64,000 bases of DNA. It comes from Clostridia bacterium. Its GTDB lineage: Bacteria > Bacillota > Clostridia > UBA1212 > DUPL01. Below the pieces are notes generated by a model that saw nothing but the letters and a program-made list of their open reading frames with translations, made no database searches and was not told the origin of the DNA. The stretch is from contig JBMNIW010000001.1 of assembly GCA_050951325.1 (NCBI GenBank), positions 32,001 to 96,000 of the forward strand, in the 5' to 3' direction. Positions 30,411-38,499 of the stretch are shown here, piece by piece; position 1 is the stretch's first letter, and each line of letters begins with the position of its first letter. The position numbers and the translations under genes are program-made.

Positions 30411-31016
30411 TTAATGGTTATATCGCAGAAAAGATTGTGTTATTAGATAAGATAGATCCGCATTCATCATAAGTACTGACTCTTCTGTAAAATAGAAAGT
30501 CCATACAACGTAATTGTTTGAAGATATAACGCAACCCTCTAAAGCGCCAAAAACACCATCACATATTAGTCCATCCTCATTCGACATTTTTATTTCAACA
30601 TCGTGCAAATTATATACTGTCGTACTTAGTCCGTTGTGAATAAACGCTTCCATATGTATGGCATTACCATCATAATAGACATATTTTGGACTTATAACAA
30701 CCATATTATCGCCTGTATTTGGGACGTTGCTTATGAAGACGTTATTCGGATTAGCAGTTTCGTTTGCAGGCTCTTCAGTCTTTTGAGGCTTATCTGTCTC
30801 TTGTACCCCATCAGTTTTTGCAGGCTTCTCTGTCTCTTGTATCCCATCAGTTTTTGTCGGATCTTCAGTTGATTCGTCAATCCCAGGATTTTTGTTTTCC
30901 GAATCCGTAACACTAGGTGTCTGCTCATGATATTCTAGAATATCATTTTCTGTGCGAGCACATCCTACAGTTAAAACTGTTATTAATACTGTTATAAGAA
31001 TAAAAACTTTTTTCAT
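30411..31016 (-). CDS. Lipoprotein with SLAP-like C-terminal domain homologous to the kinase ectodomain
   Basis: RBS GGAGG, MKKVFIL..., lipobox TVGC; T/E/K/P linker with a 12-aa repeat; domain 'VVISPKYVYYDGNAIHMEAFIHNG'. Confidence 0.75.
   Translation of the reverse strand: MKKVFILITVLITVLTVGCARTENDILEYHEQTPSVTDSENKNPGIDESTEDPTKTDGIQETEKPAKTDGVQETDKPQKTEEPANETANPNNVFISNVPNTGDNMVVISPKYVYYDGNAIHMEAFIHNGLSTTVYNLHDVEIKMSNEDGLICDGVFGALEGCVISSNNYVVWTFYFTEESVLMMNADLSYLITQSFLRYNH
30786..30856. repeat. 36-bp tandem duplication in the lipoprotein linker
   Basis: Encodes KTDGIQETEKPA / KTDGVQETDKPQ. Confidence 0.75.
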
Positions 31017-31054
31017 AAGATTACCTCCCGAAGTTAATGGTCTTTGTTGTGTAT

Positions 31055-31088
31055 ATAATAACAAAGTAGTAAGACAAAAAATTGCACT
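31055..31088 (-). promoter_or_regulatory. Conserved element copy 2: AGTGCAATTTTTTGTC-TT-N10-TATTAT
   Basis: 16-mer at 31073-31088; -10 box at 31055-31060. Confidence 0.8.
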
Positions 31089-31160
31089 GTTTATATACTA
31101 TTCTAAGCGTGGCATATCTGTAGCATAGAAGCTAAGTCTCATAATGTACACTAGATGTTA

Positions 31161-31751
31161 TTACTTGAACTTAACACTAATCCTTTCATTGTTATAATGC
31201 AAATCAAAAATATAGAGTGTTGAAATATGAAAAGTTAGACTATCAGCTTCTTTGTAACCATTAAAATAATACTCAAACTCACGTCTTTCACCGGATGCAA
31301 TGTCACCATCCAAAAAGTCATTCATATGTATGATTAAGTCTAATGGATACTTTTTCCCGGTACCATCCAAAACATATGCATCCATAGGGCTAAACTGTAT
31401 GTTTTGAGTTTTATGTTTGTTCTCCATTATACCTTTTACAACCAAAAAACTTCCATCTATCTTGTATCCGGTTATTGTAATCACTAGATTACCACCTACT
31501 GCTGTACCTTCAGCATTGGTATCGTTAAAACCATCTCCCGCCGGTGTTTCTTGCGGATGTTTTCCTGGAGTATTTGTTTTTTCCGCTGGATTGTTTGTAG
31601 TCTGTTCAACAGGTTCATTCGTAGCTTTTCCACCAGGTTCCGACGTTTCTGATATTAGCTCACCAACTGTAGTATCGTTGTCGTCCCAATCCTTGCAACC
31701 TACCATGAATACGATTGCTAGAAATATAATTACAAGCAGTGTTTTCTTCAT
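31161..31751 (-). CDS. Lipoprotein with Ig-like (DUF4352-like) domain
   Basis: RBS GGAGG, MKKTLL..., lipobox MVGC; linker; 'LVVKG.MEN', 'LDGTGKKY', 'GDIASGE.RE...YF'. Confidence 0.72.
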   Translation of the reverse strand: MKKTLLVIIFLAIVFMVGCKDWDDNDTTVGELISETSEPGGKATNEPVEQTTNNPAEKTNTPGKHPQETPAGDGFNDTNAEGTAVGGNLVITITGYKIDGSFLVVKGIMENKHKTQNIQFSPMDAYVLDGTGKKYPLDLIIHMNDFLDGDIASGERREFEYYFNGYKEADSLTFHISTLYIFDLHYNNERISVKFK

Positions 31752-31794
31752 ACATAGCCCTCCCCCATATATTAGCGTATTGTAGTACATATCT

Positions 31795-31828
31795 ATGATA
31801 TCAAGTATGAAGGACAAAAAATTGCACT
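31795..31828 (-). promoter_or_regulatory. Conserved element copy 3: AGTGCAATTTTTTGTC-CT-N10-TATCAT
   Basis: 16-mer at 31813-31828, 4 bp after the kinase stop; -10 box at 31795-31800. Confidence 0.8.
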
Positions 31829-31832
31829 ATTT

Positions 31833-33581
31833 TCAATTTACTATCCGTTTGCATGTAGCCTTCCATTTAATATGCGTCAAGTCCACATCTGTCTTTTTTA
31901 CATACTTGCCTTCAAACACCAATGTATAAATTACTATTTCCTTAGAAGCAATCTTGCTATTCACTACAGTTGAAAATGCCTTCGATGCAATAACATTCTC
32001 GTTCTTGTCAAGAATTGTTATTTTAATATTTTTTACTCCATCTATGTCGATATCATAGCCATTGTAAAAAAACGCAACCATATAAAGCTTTTCGTCTTTA
32101 AAATATATATTCTTAGGTGAAATAATCACTTTGTTATCGGCCTTTAAACTTTCTTCAAAATCAGCCATATAAAACTGCGTATCAGTGTATACTCTGTCCT
32201 TTCTCTTACCGACATTTAATACAAATAATAATGCACTAATAACAACTAAACATAACACTATGCCAACTGTTCTTCTTGTTTTCTTTGACTTATCACGTTC
32301 AGTGCTTTCTACTAAGTTCAACAAATATTTTTTGTGTATTAAATGCAACTCCTGTTTAAGCTCTGTGACACTCATATATCTGGCTTCCGGGTTCGGATGC
32401 ATGGCTTTTTCGATAACATTAATAATATATTCAGGTGTGTTTTTGCAATACTTTCGATTCAAGTTAGCAGGAGGATTAATACCTTCCACTAAAAAATAGA
32501 GCAATGCACCAAGGCTATAGACATCACTCCTCTGATCGCAAACACCTTTGTTTAGCAATTCCGGTGCCGAATACCCAAAGGTTCCTACAGAGGGCATTTC
32601 ACGAATATAGTCTTTTTTATGACTAAGCAATGCAGTACCGAAATCAACCAAATAGAGGCGGTTATCATTGCCCAAAATAACATTGCTTGGTTTGAGATCG
32701 TTAAAGATGACCGGATTTTTCTCGTTATGCAGATATTCAATAATGTTACACAACTCAATACATTTCTTTATTGCATTAGATGCAGCCAATGGCCCTGATT
32801 CTTTTAACAAGTCATTCAGATTTCTACCATCGATATAATCCATAACAAGGTAAACGGTTTGATTGTCGTAGAATACATCATATATTCTCGGAATACCTTC
32901 GTGATTAATAGATAACAAAACCTGCTTTTCGTTCTCAGTATAAATCTTATCTTTCAGTTCATAGTTAATTTCTTTTACAGCAACATATATATCAAGATTG
33001 ATATGATATGCCTTAAACACTCTCCCGCCGCCACCGCTTCCAATCAGTTCATCAAGACGACAATAACCTCCAACAATATCGTTGACTTCTGCCTGTAATT
33101 TCTCAGGCGACGGCTGTATGTCATCCTTGTCCAATATTTTAAGTTCATAAAGAACTTTTCCAATAACCAAAAAAATCTCAACACACAACTCATAGTTTAC
33201 ACTCTCAGTCATTATCGTTGATGTATTATGAGCACTCAAATTACGTATGATTCTTATCCTATTTAGCCTATTTAGGGTTGTTCTATCAAAGCTGTATCCT
33301 TTTTTACTTAATTCCTCAAAGTTTTTCATAAAATCAGACTCAATATAACGGTCATCTAATATGTCTGATAAAACATAATGTAACAAGCTTAGCAACTCAA
33401 TTACTAAAGTAAAATAATCACTAACCTGTTTCCCGGAATTTAGTCTTTTACAGAGTTCAACCCACTTCTTTTTTACTTCCTGCTTGTTACTGTATTTGTA
33501 GGTCGCTTTATTCTTCATTTCCCTAGATTTTATATAATCGTCCAGTTTCATTATTTTGCTCATCTGACTGCCCCTATTCAT
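31833..33581 (-). CDS. Membrane Hanks-type Ser/Thr kinase with N-terminal HEPN/DUF4145-like domain and C-terminal SLAP-like ectodomain
   Basis: GSGGGGRV, VAVK, FNDLKPSN, DFG, GTFGYSAPE, DVYSLG; N-terminal 'LNRIRIIRNLSAH'; TM 'VGIVLCLVVISALLFVL'. True start may be MSKIM at 33563. Confidence 0.88.
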   Translation of the reverse strand: MNRGSQMSKIMKLDDYIKSREMKNKATYKYSNKQEVKKKWVELCKRLNSGKQVSDYFTLVIELLSLLHYVLSDILDDRYIESDFMKNFEELSKKGYSFDRTTLNRLNRIRIIRNLSAHNTSTIMTESVNYELCVEIFLVIGKVLYELKILDKDDIQPSPEKLQAEVNDIVGGYCRLDELIGSGGGGRVFKAYHINLDIYVAVKEINYELKDKIYTENEKQVLLSINHEGIPRIYDVFYDNQTVYLVMDYIDGRNLNDLLKESGPLAASNAIKKCIELCNIIEYLHNEKNPVIFNDLKPSNVILGNDNRLYLVDFGTALLSHKKDYIREMPSVGTFGYSAPELLNKGVCDQRSDVYSLGALLYFLVEGINPPANLNRKYCKNTPEYIINVIEKAMHPNPEARYMSVTELKQELHLIHKKYLLNLVESTERDKSKKTRRTVGIVLCLVVISALLFVLNVGKRKDRVYTDTQFYMADFEESLKADNKVIISPKNIYFKDEKLYMVAFFYNGYDIDIDGVKNIKITILDKNENVIASKAFSTVVNSKIASKEIVIYTLVFEGKYVKKTDVDLTHIKWKATCKRIVN

Positions 33582-34502
33582 TTATTCTATATAGTATGAC
33601 AAGCATTGTTCTGCAGACCGTATCATATCGTTTCTTAATTCTTCGGGCTCAAGCACAATTGCAGATGAACCATAACTCCTAAGCCACCTTTTGAAGCTGT
33701 TTATGCCTGCAATTGTATCCTCATATATTATGTAACCCTCATATTCTGTTATCTTCTTGTTTTTCCTGTGGGACAAATCCCTTTTAACCTTATAAATTAC
33801 ATTTGCCTCGTCCAAAAACTTTACTTTTACGTTGAATAGATTACCTTGTTCCATACCCCAGCTATACTCAAGAAGACTCTCGACATGCTCCACTCCAATA
33901 GGCTCGAACCTTTCATTAGTTGCTTTAATCTCTATCATTCTGTCAAGCCTGTACGTTGCAATTCTTCCATTGTGCTGTCCTATGATGTAAACCATGTTAT
34001 CTATTTCATAATATACAATCCTCAACGGTTCTATTAAAAAATCGCTTGTTTTATATCTTGTCTTGTACTTTACCTTTAGCTTCTTCCTATTCTCTATAGC
34101 TAGTGTGATAATCAGGAACTTGTCCTTTTGTTCAGCTAAACCATGTGTAGACTTTATCCTAATACCAAGGATCTCATCATCAAAAAACGCATTTGCAACA
34201 AGACTTTCAAATAGGAACTTCTCCACTGAGTTAATGCACAAATAAACAATATCATCACTGTCCTCTTCATCCTCGCATGCAATATTCCATGTCATATCAC
34301 CCAAATCCATTATTGCGTCTTCATGTTCCTCACTGTAAATATCAAGAAGTCTGAACTCAGGGTTGTATGATATGAGCTCAAGATTGCGCAAGACAACACC
34401 CTCAGGTACCTTCAAGATATTTGCCAGCTGTTTTGTCGTAATTCCCCTGTTATTTGCAATAATAGCTATAAGTTGCAGCATCAGGCTCATGTCTTTCTTC
34501 AT
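33582..34502 (-). CDS. HTH-WYL-WCX transcriptional regulator (PafC-like)
   Basis: N-terminal HTH 'ITTKQLANILKVPEGVVLRNLELI'; WYL core 'AIENRKKLKVKY...IEPLRI.Y....YIIG....IATYRLDRM'; WCX 'WLRSYGSSAIVLEPEELR'. Confidence 0.88.
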   Translation of the reverse strand: MKKDMSLMLQLIAIIANNRGITTKQLANILKVPEGVVLRNLELISYNPEFRLLDIYSEEHEDAIMDLGDMTWNIACEDEEDSDDIVYLCINSVEKFLFESLVANAFFDDEILGIRIKSTHGLAEQKDKFLIITLAIENRKKLKVKYKTRYKTSDFLIEPLRIVYYEIDNMVYIIGQHNGRIATYRLDRMIEIKATNERFEPIGVEHVESLLEYSWGMEQGNLFNVKVKFLDEANVIYKVKRDLSHRKNKKITEYEGYIIYEDTIAGINSFKRWLRSYGSSAIVLEPEELRNDMIRSAEQCLSYYIE

Positions 34503-35675
34503 ATTTGATACCTACCCCGTAACTTTTTAAAATTCTTTCATATGTATTTCGCATTAAGTCTTTCAATTCATTTGGGGAGATGACCCTGCAGGAAGAGCCA
34601 AAGCTCCGCAAAAAACGAGCAAAGTCATGCATCCCATAAATTGTATCTTTATAAATTATTGTCTCCCCGAAAACTGACAAACTACAGCTTTTTCTTAATC
34701 TTTTCAGCCTTGTTAATCTTTCCATAATGTTAAACTTGTTATCAAATTCAACAACAACATCAAACGGGCCGTCGAGCGATGCTCCAAACATTAACTCTAA
34801 TTTTTGCATCACATTGTCGTCCTTGTAGCACTCATTTCTTATGTTTGTAGATTTTATTTCAATAATAGAACTAATATCAATAAAGAAGATTTCGTCTTTA
34901 ACCTTACCGATAACATAACTTTTATCGTTATCGTAATGGTAGAACAGAGTAATAACCTGAACGATTACGGATAGTTTTCCTACCTTTGAGTTATATGTTA
35001 TTTCTAAAGACTTTCTTCTATAATCACAGGTTTCAAACTCATCAATATTTCTCAAAAGATGTTTGCTTATACGATATCTTCTACCGATAGAATATATGTC
35101 GTATTCATCCTCATAAGGCATTGTTTGAGTTATTATTTTACTTTTCAGGGAGTGAAGAATGTCGTTGAGCGGAAGATGATGCTTGTACAAGTTTGAGAGT
35201 TCTAAAAAGGCATAAAGATTAACATCATCTGTTTTATACAGAAAATCAGACGTAGCAGACAGACAGCATTTGTTGTTCTCATCAATGTATATCAAATTGT
35301 TTTCAACACATAGTTCTATCGCCCTAATAATGGTCTTTTCACTGAAACATCAGCGTCGCACAGACTTTCTTTAAGCATTTCAACAAGTTCTCTGTGTTCA
35401 AGTCTGCCGTTACACTCACCAACGGTCAACAAAATTTTAATAACTCTCAAATCAGTGTTGCTAAGAAGCATTCCTTTTTCGTAATCGTCTTCAACCAACA
35501 CGTAATTATTGTTTTTTCTCCTTATGTTGTATCCCAGTTTTCTAAGATCCTTTATATAATAGCTTACACTGCGATTGCTAATATCCAACAACATCTTAAT
35601 TTCATCGAAAGTAATCGTATTGTGTGTCAAAAAATGGTGTATCAACTTGTTTATTTTTTGCTCCTTTACGCTCAT
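34450..35675 (-). CDS. HTH-HTH-WYL-WCX transcriptional regulator (PafB-like), split by one frameshift near 35345
   Basis: ORF 35316-35675 has HTH 'TFDEIKMLLDISNRSVSYYIKDL'; the alternative frame continues 'SEKTIIRAIELCVENNLIYID' into ORF 34450-35295, which ends in WCX 'FLRSFGSSCRVISPNELK'. Confidence 0.78.
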
Positions 35676-35729
35676 TAAATTCCTCCGAATACCTCCACAT
35701 CAATATTAGGTTATTTTTAAGTTATTGGT

Positions 35730-35757
35730 ATTATACACCATAATCCTAGTCAGTCAA
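35730..35757 (-). promoter_or_regulatory. Sigma-A promoter of the WYL-WYL-kinase operon
   Basis: TTGACT-N16-TATAAT on the minus strand. Confidence 0.65.
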
Positions 35758-35818
35758 GCTTCTGAGCTATACAAAATGTAACACAAATATAGCATGTGAA
35801 TAAAAATTGGAGCATAAT

Positions 35819-35850
35819 AAAAGGAATGGAACCAATTAGCTCCATTCCTT
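35819..35850 (-). terminator. Terminator after flagellin
   Basis: AAGGAATGGA...TCCATTCCTT followed by T residues on the minus strand. Confidence 0.7.
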
Positions 35851-35870
35851 GATTACTATACACTAGTTAC

Positions 35871-37075
35871 TTATTGAAGCAGCTGCAGTACTGACTGTGG
35901 TGCCTGGTTGGCCTGAGCCAGCATTGCTGTAGCAGCTTGTGCCAGGATGTTGTTCTTGGTGTACTCCATCATTTCGTTAGCCATGTCAACGTCACGAATA
36001 CGGCTTTCAGCCGCAGTAAGATTTTCAGCTGATGTATTCAGGTTGTTGATGGTATGCTCAAGACGGTTCTGGTATAGCACCAAGTTTAGCTCTTTCCTCA
36101 GAAACCTTGTTTATTGCCTTGTCTATGGTGTCAATCGCTGCAGTCTGCGATCAGTGTCTGCTGCTTACAGAAACATAAGCAACATCCAGAGCCTCCGCTG
36201 ACATGTCACCAATGAGAAAGATCTATGCTCTGATCCTTATTGGCACCAATCTGGAATGTCATGCGTACCCATCAGCTGCACGTAACATTATCTGCTTCAC
36301 TCTGTTGTCCTTCACCATTGCCTCGCTTGTAGTAGATAATGATGTATCATCTTTTACCACCGTAACGGTATCTCTTTTGTCGCCAATCGTCAACGTCTTC
36401 TAGATATATCTTCTTCTGTCCAAATCGTCTTTAGTAAAGGATCACCTGAGCCTACATTCTTTCCTACCTATAATTCACATCAAATCGTTAATCTCGATGA
36501 TAGCTCCAACATGTTCACTCAGACTGGTATCCTCGTCATATGTTAATGTACTGAGTAATTTCAAATGTATCACCTAAAGCAAGTGTCACTAACAGTAATT
36601 GAATCTAGCATATTCGGCATTTGTACTCTGTATCGACCTTGATACTTATACACCACGATCACCATTCAACAGTGTCTTCTCGTTAAACTCGGTTTGCTCA
36701 GCAATTCTTGTAAGTTCCTCCTGAAGCTGATCTACTTCATTCTGTAAAGCTGTACGGTCTACTCACTTCATTTGTATCAGTAGCTGCCTGTACTGCTAGC
36801 TCTCTCATTCTTTGAAGAATTGAGTGAGTTTCGTTTAGTGCGCCTTCTGCAGTCTGAATGAGTGAAATTGCGTCCTGTGAGTTCTTGGAAGCCATCTTGA
36901 GACCACGGATTTGAGCTCTCATCTTTTCGGATATGGCGAGACCAGCTGCGTCGTCTCCAGCTCTGTTGATTCTGTAGCCGGAAGAAAGCTTCTCAATTGA
37001 TTTCTGGATGTTGTTGTTGTTAACTCCCAAATACCTTTGGGCATTCATTGCCATTAAGTTGTTGTTAATTCTCAT
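35871..37075 (-). CDS. fliC: Flagellin, interrupted by several single-base indels (assembly error or recent pseudogene)
   Basis: N-terminus MRINNN...[27 protein letters not shown]; shifted frames give [55 protein letters not shown]...[11 protein letters not shown]...QSVLQLLQ. Confidence 0.92.
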
Positions 37076-37080
37076 TATAA

Positions 37081-37115
37081 TTCCTCCTTGAAATTTAATA
37101 TTCGGCATCCTTGCC
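37081..37115 (-). promoter_or_regulatory. CsrA-binding sites in the flagellin leader
   Basis: Hairpin GGCA-AGGA-TGCC (37104-37115) and a second AGGA within the Shine-Dalgarno AAGGAGGA, as in Bacillus hag. Confidence 0.7.
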
Positions 37116-37180
37116 TGTATTTAATGTACCGAACAGAAACATCTTTGGCGCCTTCGTGATGTTTCTCCGTTCAATACATA

Positions 37181-37207
37181 TAATCGGAAAGTAAAGCAAA
37201 AACTTTA
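37181..37207 (-). promoter_or_regulatory. Sigma-28 promoter of flagellin
   Basis: TAAAGTTT-N11-TCCGATTA on the minus strand. Confidence 0.85.
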
Positions 37208-37411
37208 GAGATCACCCAATGAAAACATTGAAGATATTGCCTCTATATTCGACTTGGCAGTATCTTCATACAATTCACCGCGTATAATGGGGATTTCTTT
37301 TGGAGCATCAATACCAATGCTGACCCTGTCATTATCGCATTCCAGTATTTTAATTTTAATGTCATCCCCAATAATCAGAGACTCACCCTTCTTGCGTGAC
37401 AGCACCAGCAT
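37205..37411 (-). CDS. csrA: Carbon storage regulator CsrA
   Basis: [18 protein letters not shown]...[18 protein letters not shown]. Confidence 0.95.
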   Translation of the reverse strand: MLVLSRKKGESLIIGDDIKIKILECDNDRVSIGIDAPKEIPIIRGELYEDTAKSNIEAISSMFSLGDL

Positions 37412-37877
37412 CGTCTTTTCCTCCCTGTTGTATTAATGAAACCAGCATATTGTACATTGGTTCCCGGATACTGTACTGCTTGTCATCCAGGATAACCTGC
37501 TTTGCCTTGAACTTCTTTATGTTTATCAGTATTGGTGCAGCCAGATTAACAGTCATCTTCTTTAAATCTTTTGGAACAACGGCTACATTCAAAACCAGAA
37601 TATCTTCATCACTCTCAATCTCTATTTCCTTAAAAACCGACTCTTTAACCTTTGGGTTATAGTCGGCTTTAAAGTCATAAGGATTTACTACAGGGAGAGC
37701 AATATCCTTTTCATCTATCGATTGTAGGAAAAATATCGGGTAGCTTTCCTTTGGAGTTAAAAAGATAAATCTTTTGAGTTCCTCTATGCCAGGAATCCCC
37801 TTTTCAAACTCAATAATTTTCTTCTCGTCAACCTCAATTTCTCCAAACCTGGTTGTTTGTATAACCATTTTAGTCAC
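37383..37877 (-). CDS. fliW: Flagellar assembly factor FliW
   Basis: 'TTRFGEIEV', 'GIPG.E', 'LQS', '[12 protein letters not shown]', 'QVIL'. Confidence 0.93.
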   Translation of the reverse strand: MTKMVIQTTRFGEIEVDEKKIIEFEKGIPGIEELKRFIFLTPKESYPIFFLQSIDEKDIALPVVNPYDFKADYNPKVKESVFKEIEIESDEDILVLNVAVVPKDLKKMTVNLAAPILINIKKFKAKQVILDDKQYSIREPMYNMLVSLIQQGGKDDAGAVTQEG

Positions 37878-37879
37878 TC

Positions 37880-38485
37880 CTATGCTTTTCTATCAATATT
37901 CTTGCCAATCTTCTTTTCAATATATTTCTCTATAAGGGGTTCAGTATCCGTAACAACGGAAATCTCAATGGAAGGCCACCTTTTCATGTAAATCTCAACC
38001 TTGGGTCTGGACGCTTTAATGACTGGCTTGTTAATCTCCCAGTCAAACTCAAGCTCGTGAGGAGTCCATTCAAGCTCAAAATAGCCTTTTTCCCAGATAA
38101 TCTTGTTCTGAGGAAACTTCGCTATATTTACGCTTGTCTCCTTGATTGTATTCTTAAGGGCGATCTCAGGAATGGGATTGTTCTTTTTCTCAATTTCCAT
38201 GAGAAGATCCCCTTCCTCGGCAATTCTTCTAATTGCATCAAGAGTCTTTTGTCTTGCTTTCTGAAATCTTGTAGAAGACAGGAAAAGAGTTGTCATATTA
38301 CCAGAAGCAACAAGGTATTGGCTTTGGTCCAGCTTGAACTTGGAAGGCTTGGATTTTATACGAAACTCTGCTTGTTTGCGCCTTATAGTCATTTTGGGCA
38401 AAGAGTTCTCAATCTCAATATTGGCTTTTTCAGTTCTAATACCAATCTGACCCATAGTCGTCCTTATCTGAATACGACCAATCAT
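37880..38485 (-). CDS. DUF6470 / YviE-like flagellar operon protein
   Basis: Sits between flgL and fliW; 'I.RIAEEGD.L..IE', 'VEIYM..WPSIEI'. Confidence 0.75.
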   Translation of the reverse strand: MIGRIQIRTTMGQIGIRTEKANIEIENSLPKMTIRRKQAEFRIKSKPSKFKLDQSQYLVASGNMTTLFLSSTRFQKARQKTLDAIRRIAEEGDLLMEIEKKNNPIPEIALKNTIKETSVNIAKFPQNKIIWEKGYFELEWTPHELEFDWEINKPVIKASRPKVEIYMKRWPSIEISVVTDTEPLIEKYIEKKIGKNIDRKA

Positions 38486-38499
38486 GTCCCCTCACCTCT

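Noticed and set aside
30249-31828. The three 16-bp direct repeats as a CRISPR array or integron attC sites
   Set aside because: Spacing is 740-824 bp with whole genes between, the repeats are not palindromic, no cas or integrase gene is present, and the fixed distance to -10 boxes favours a promoter element.
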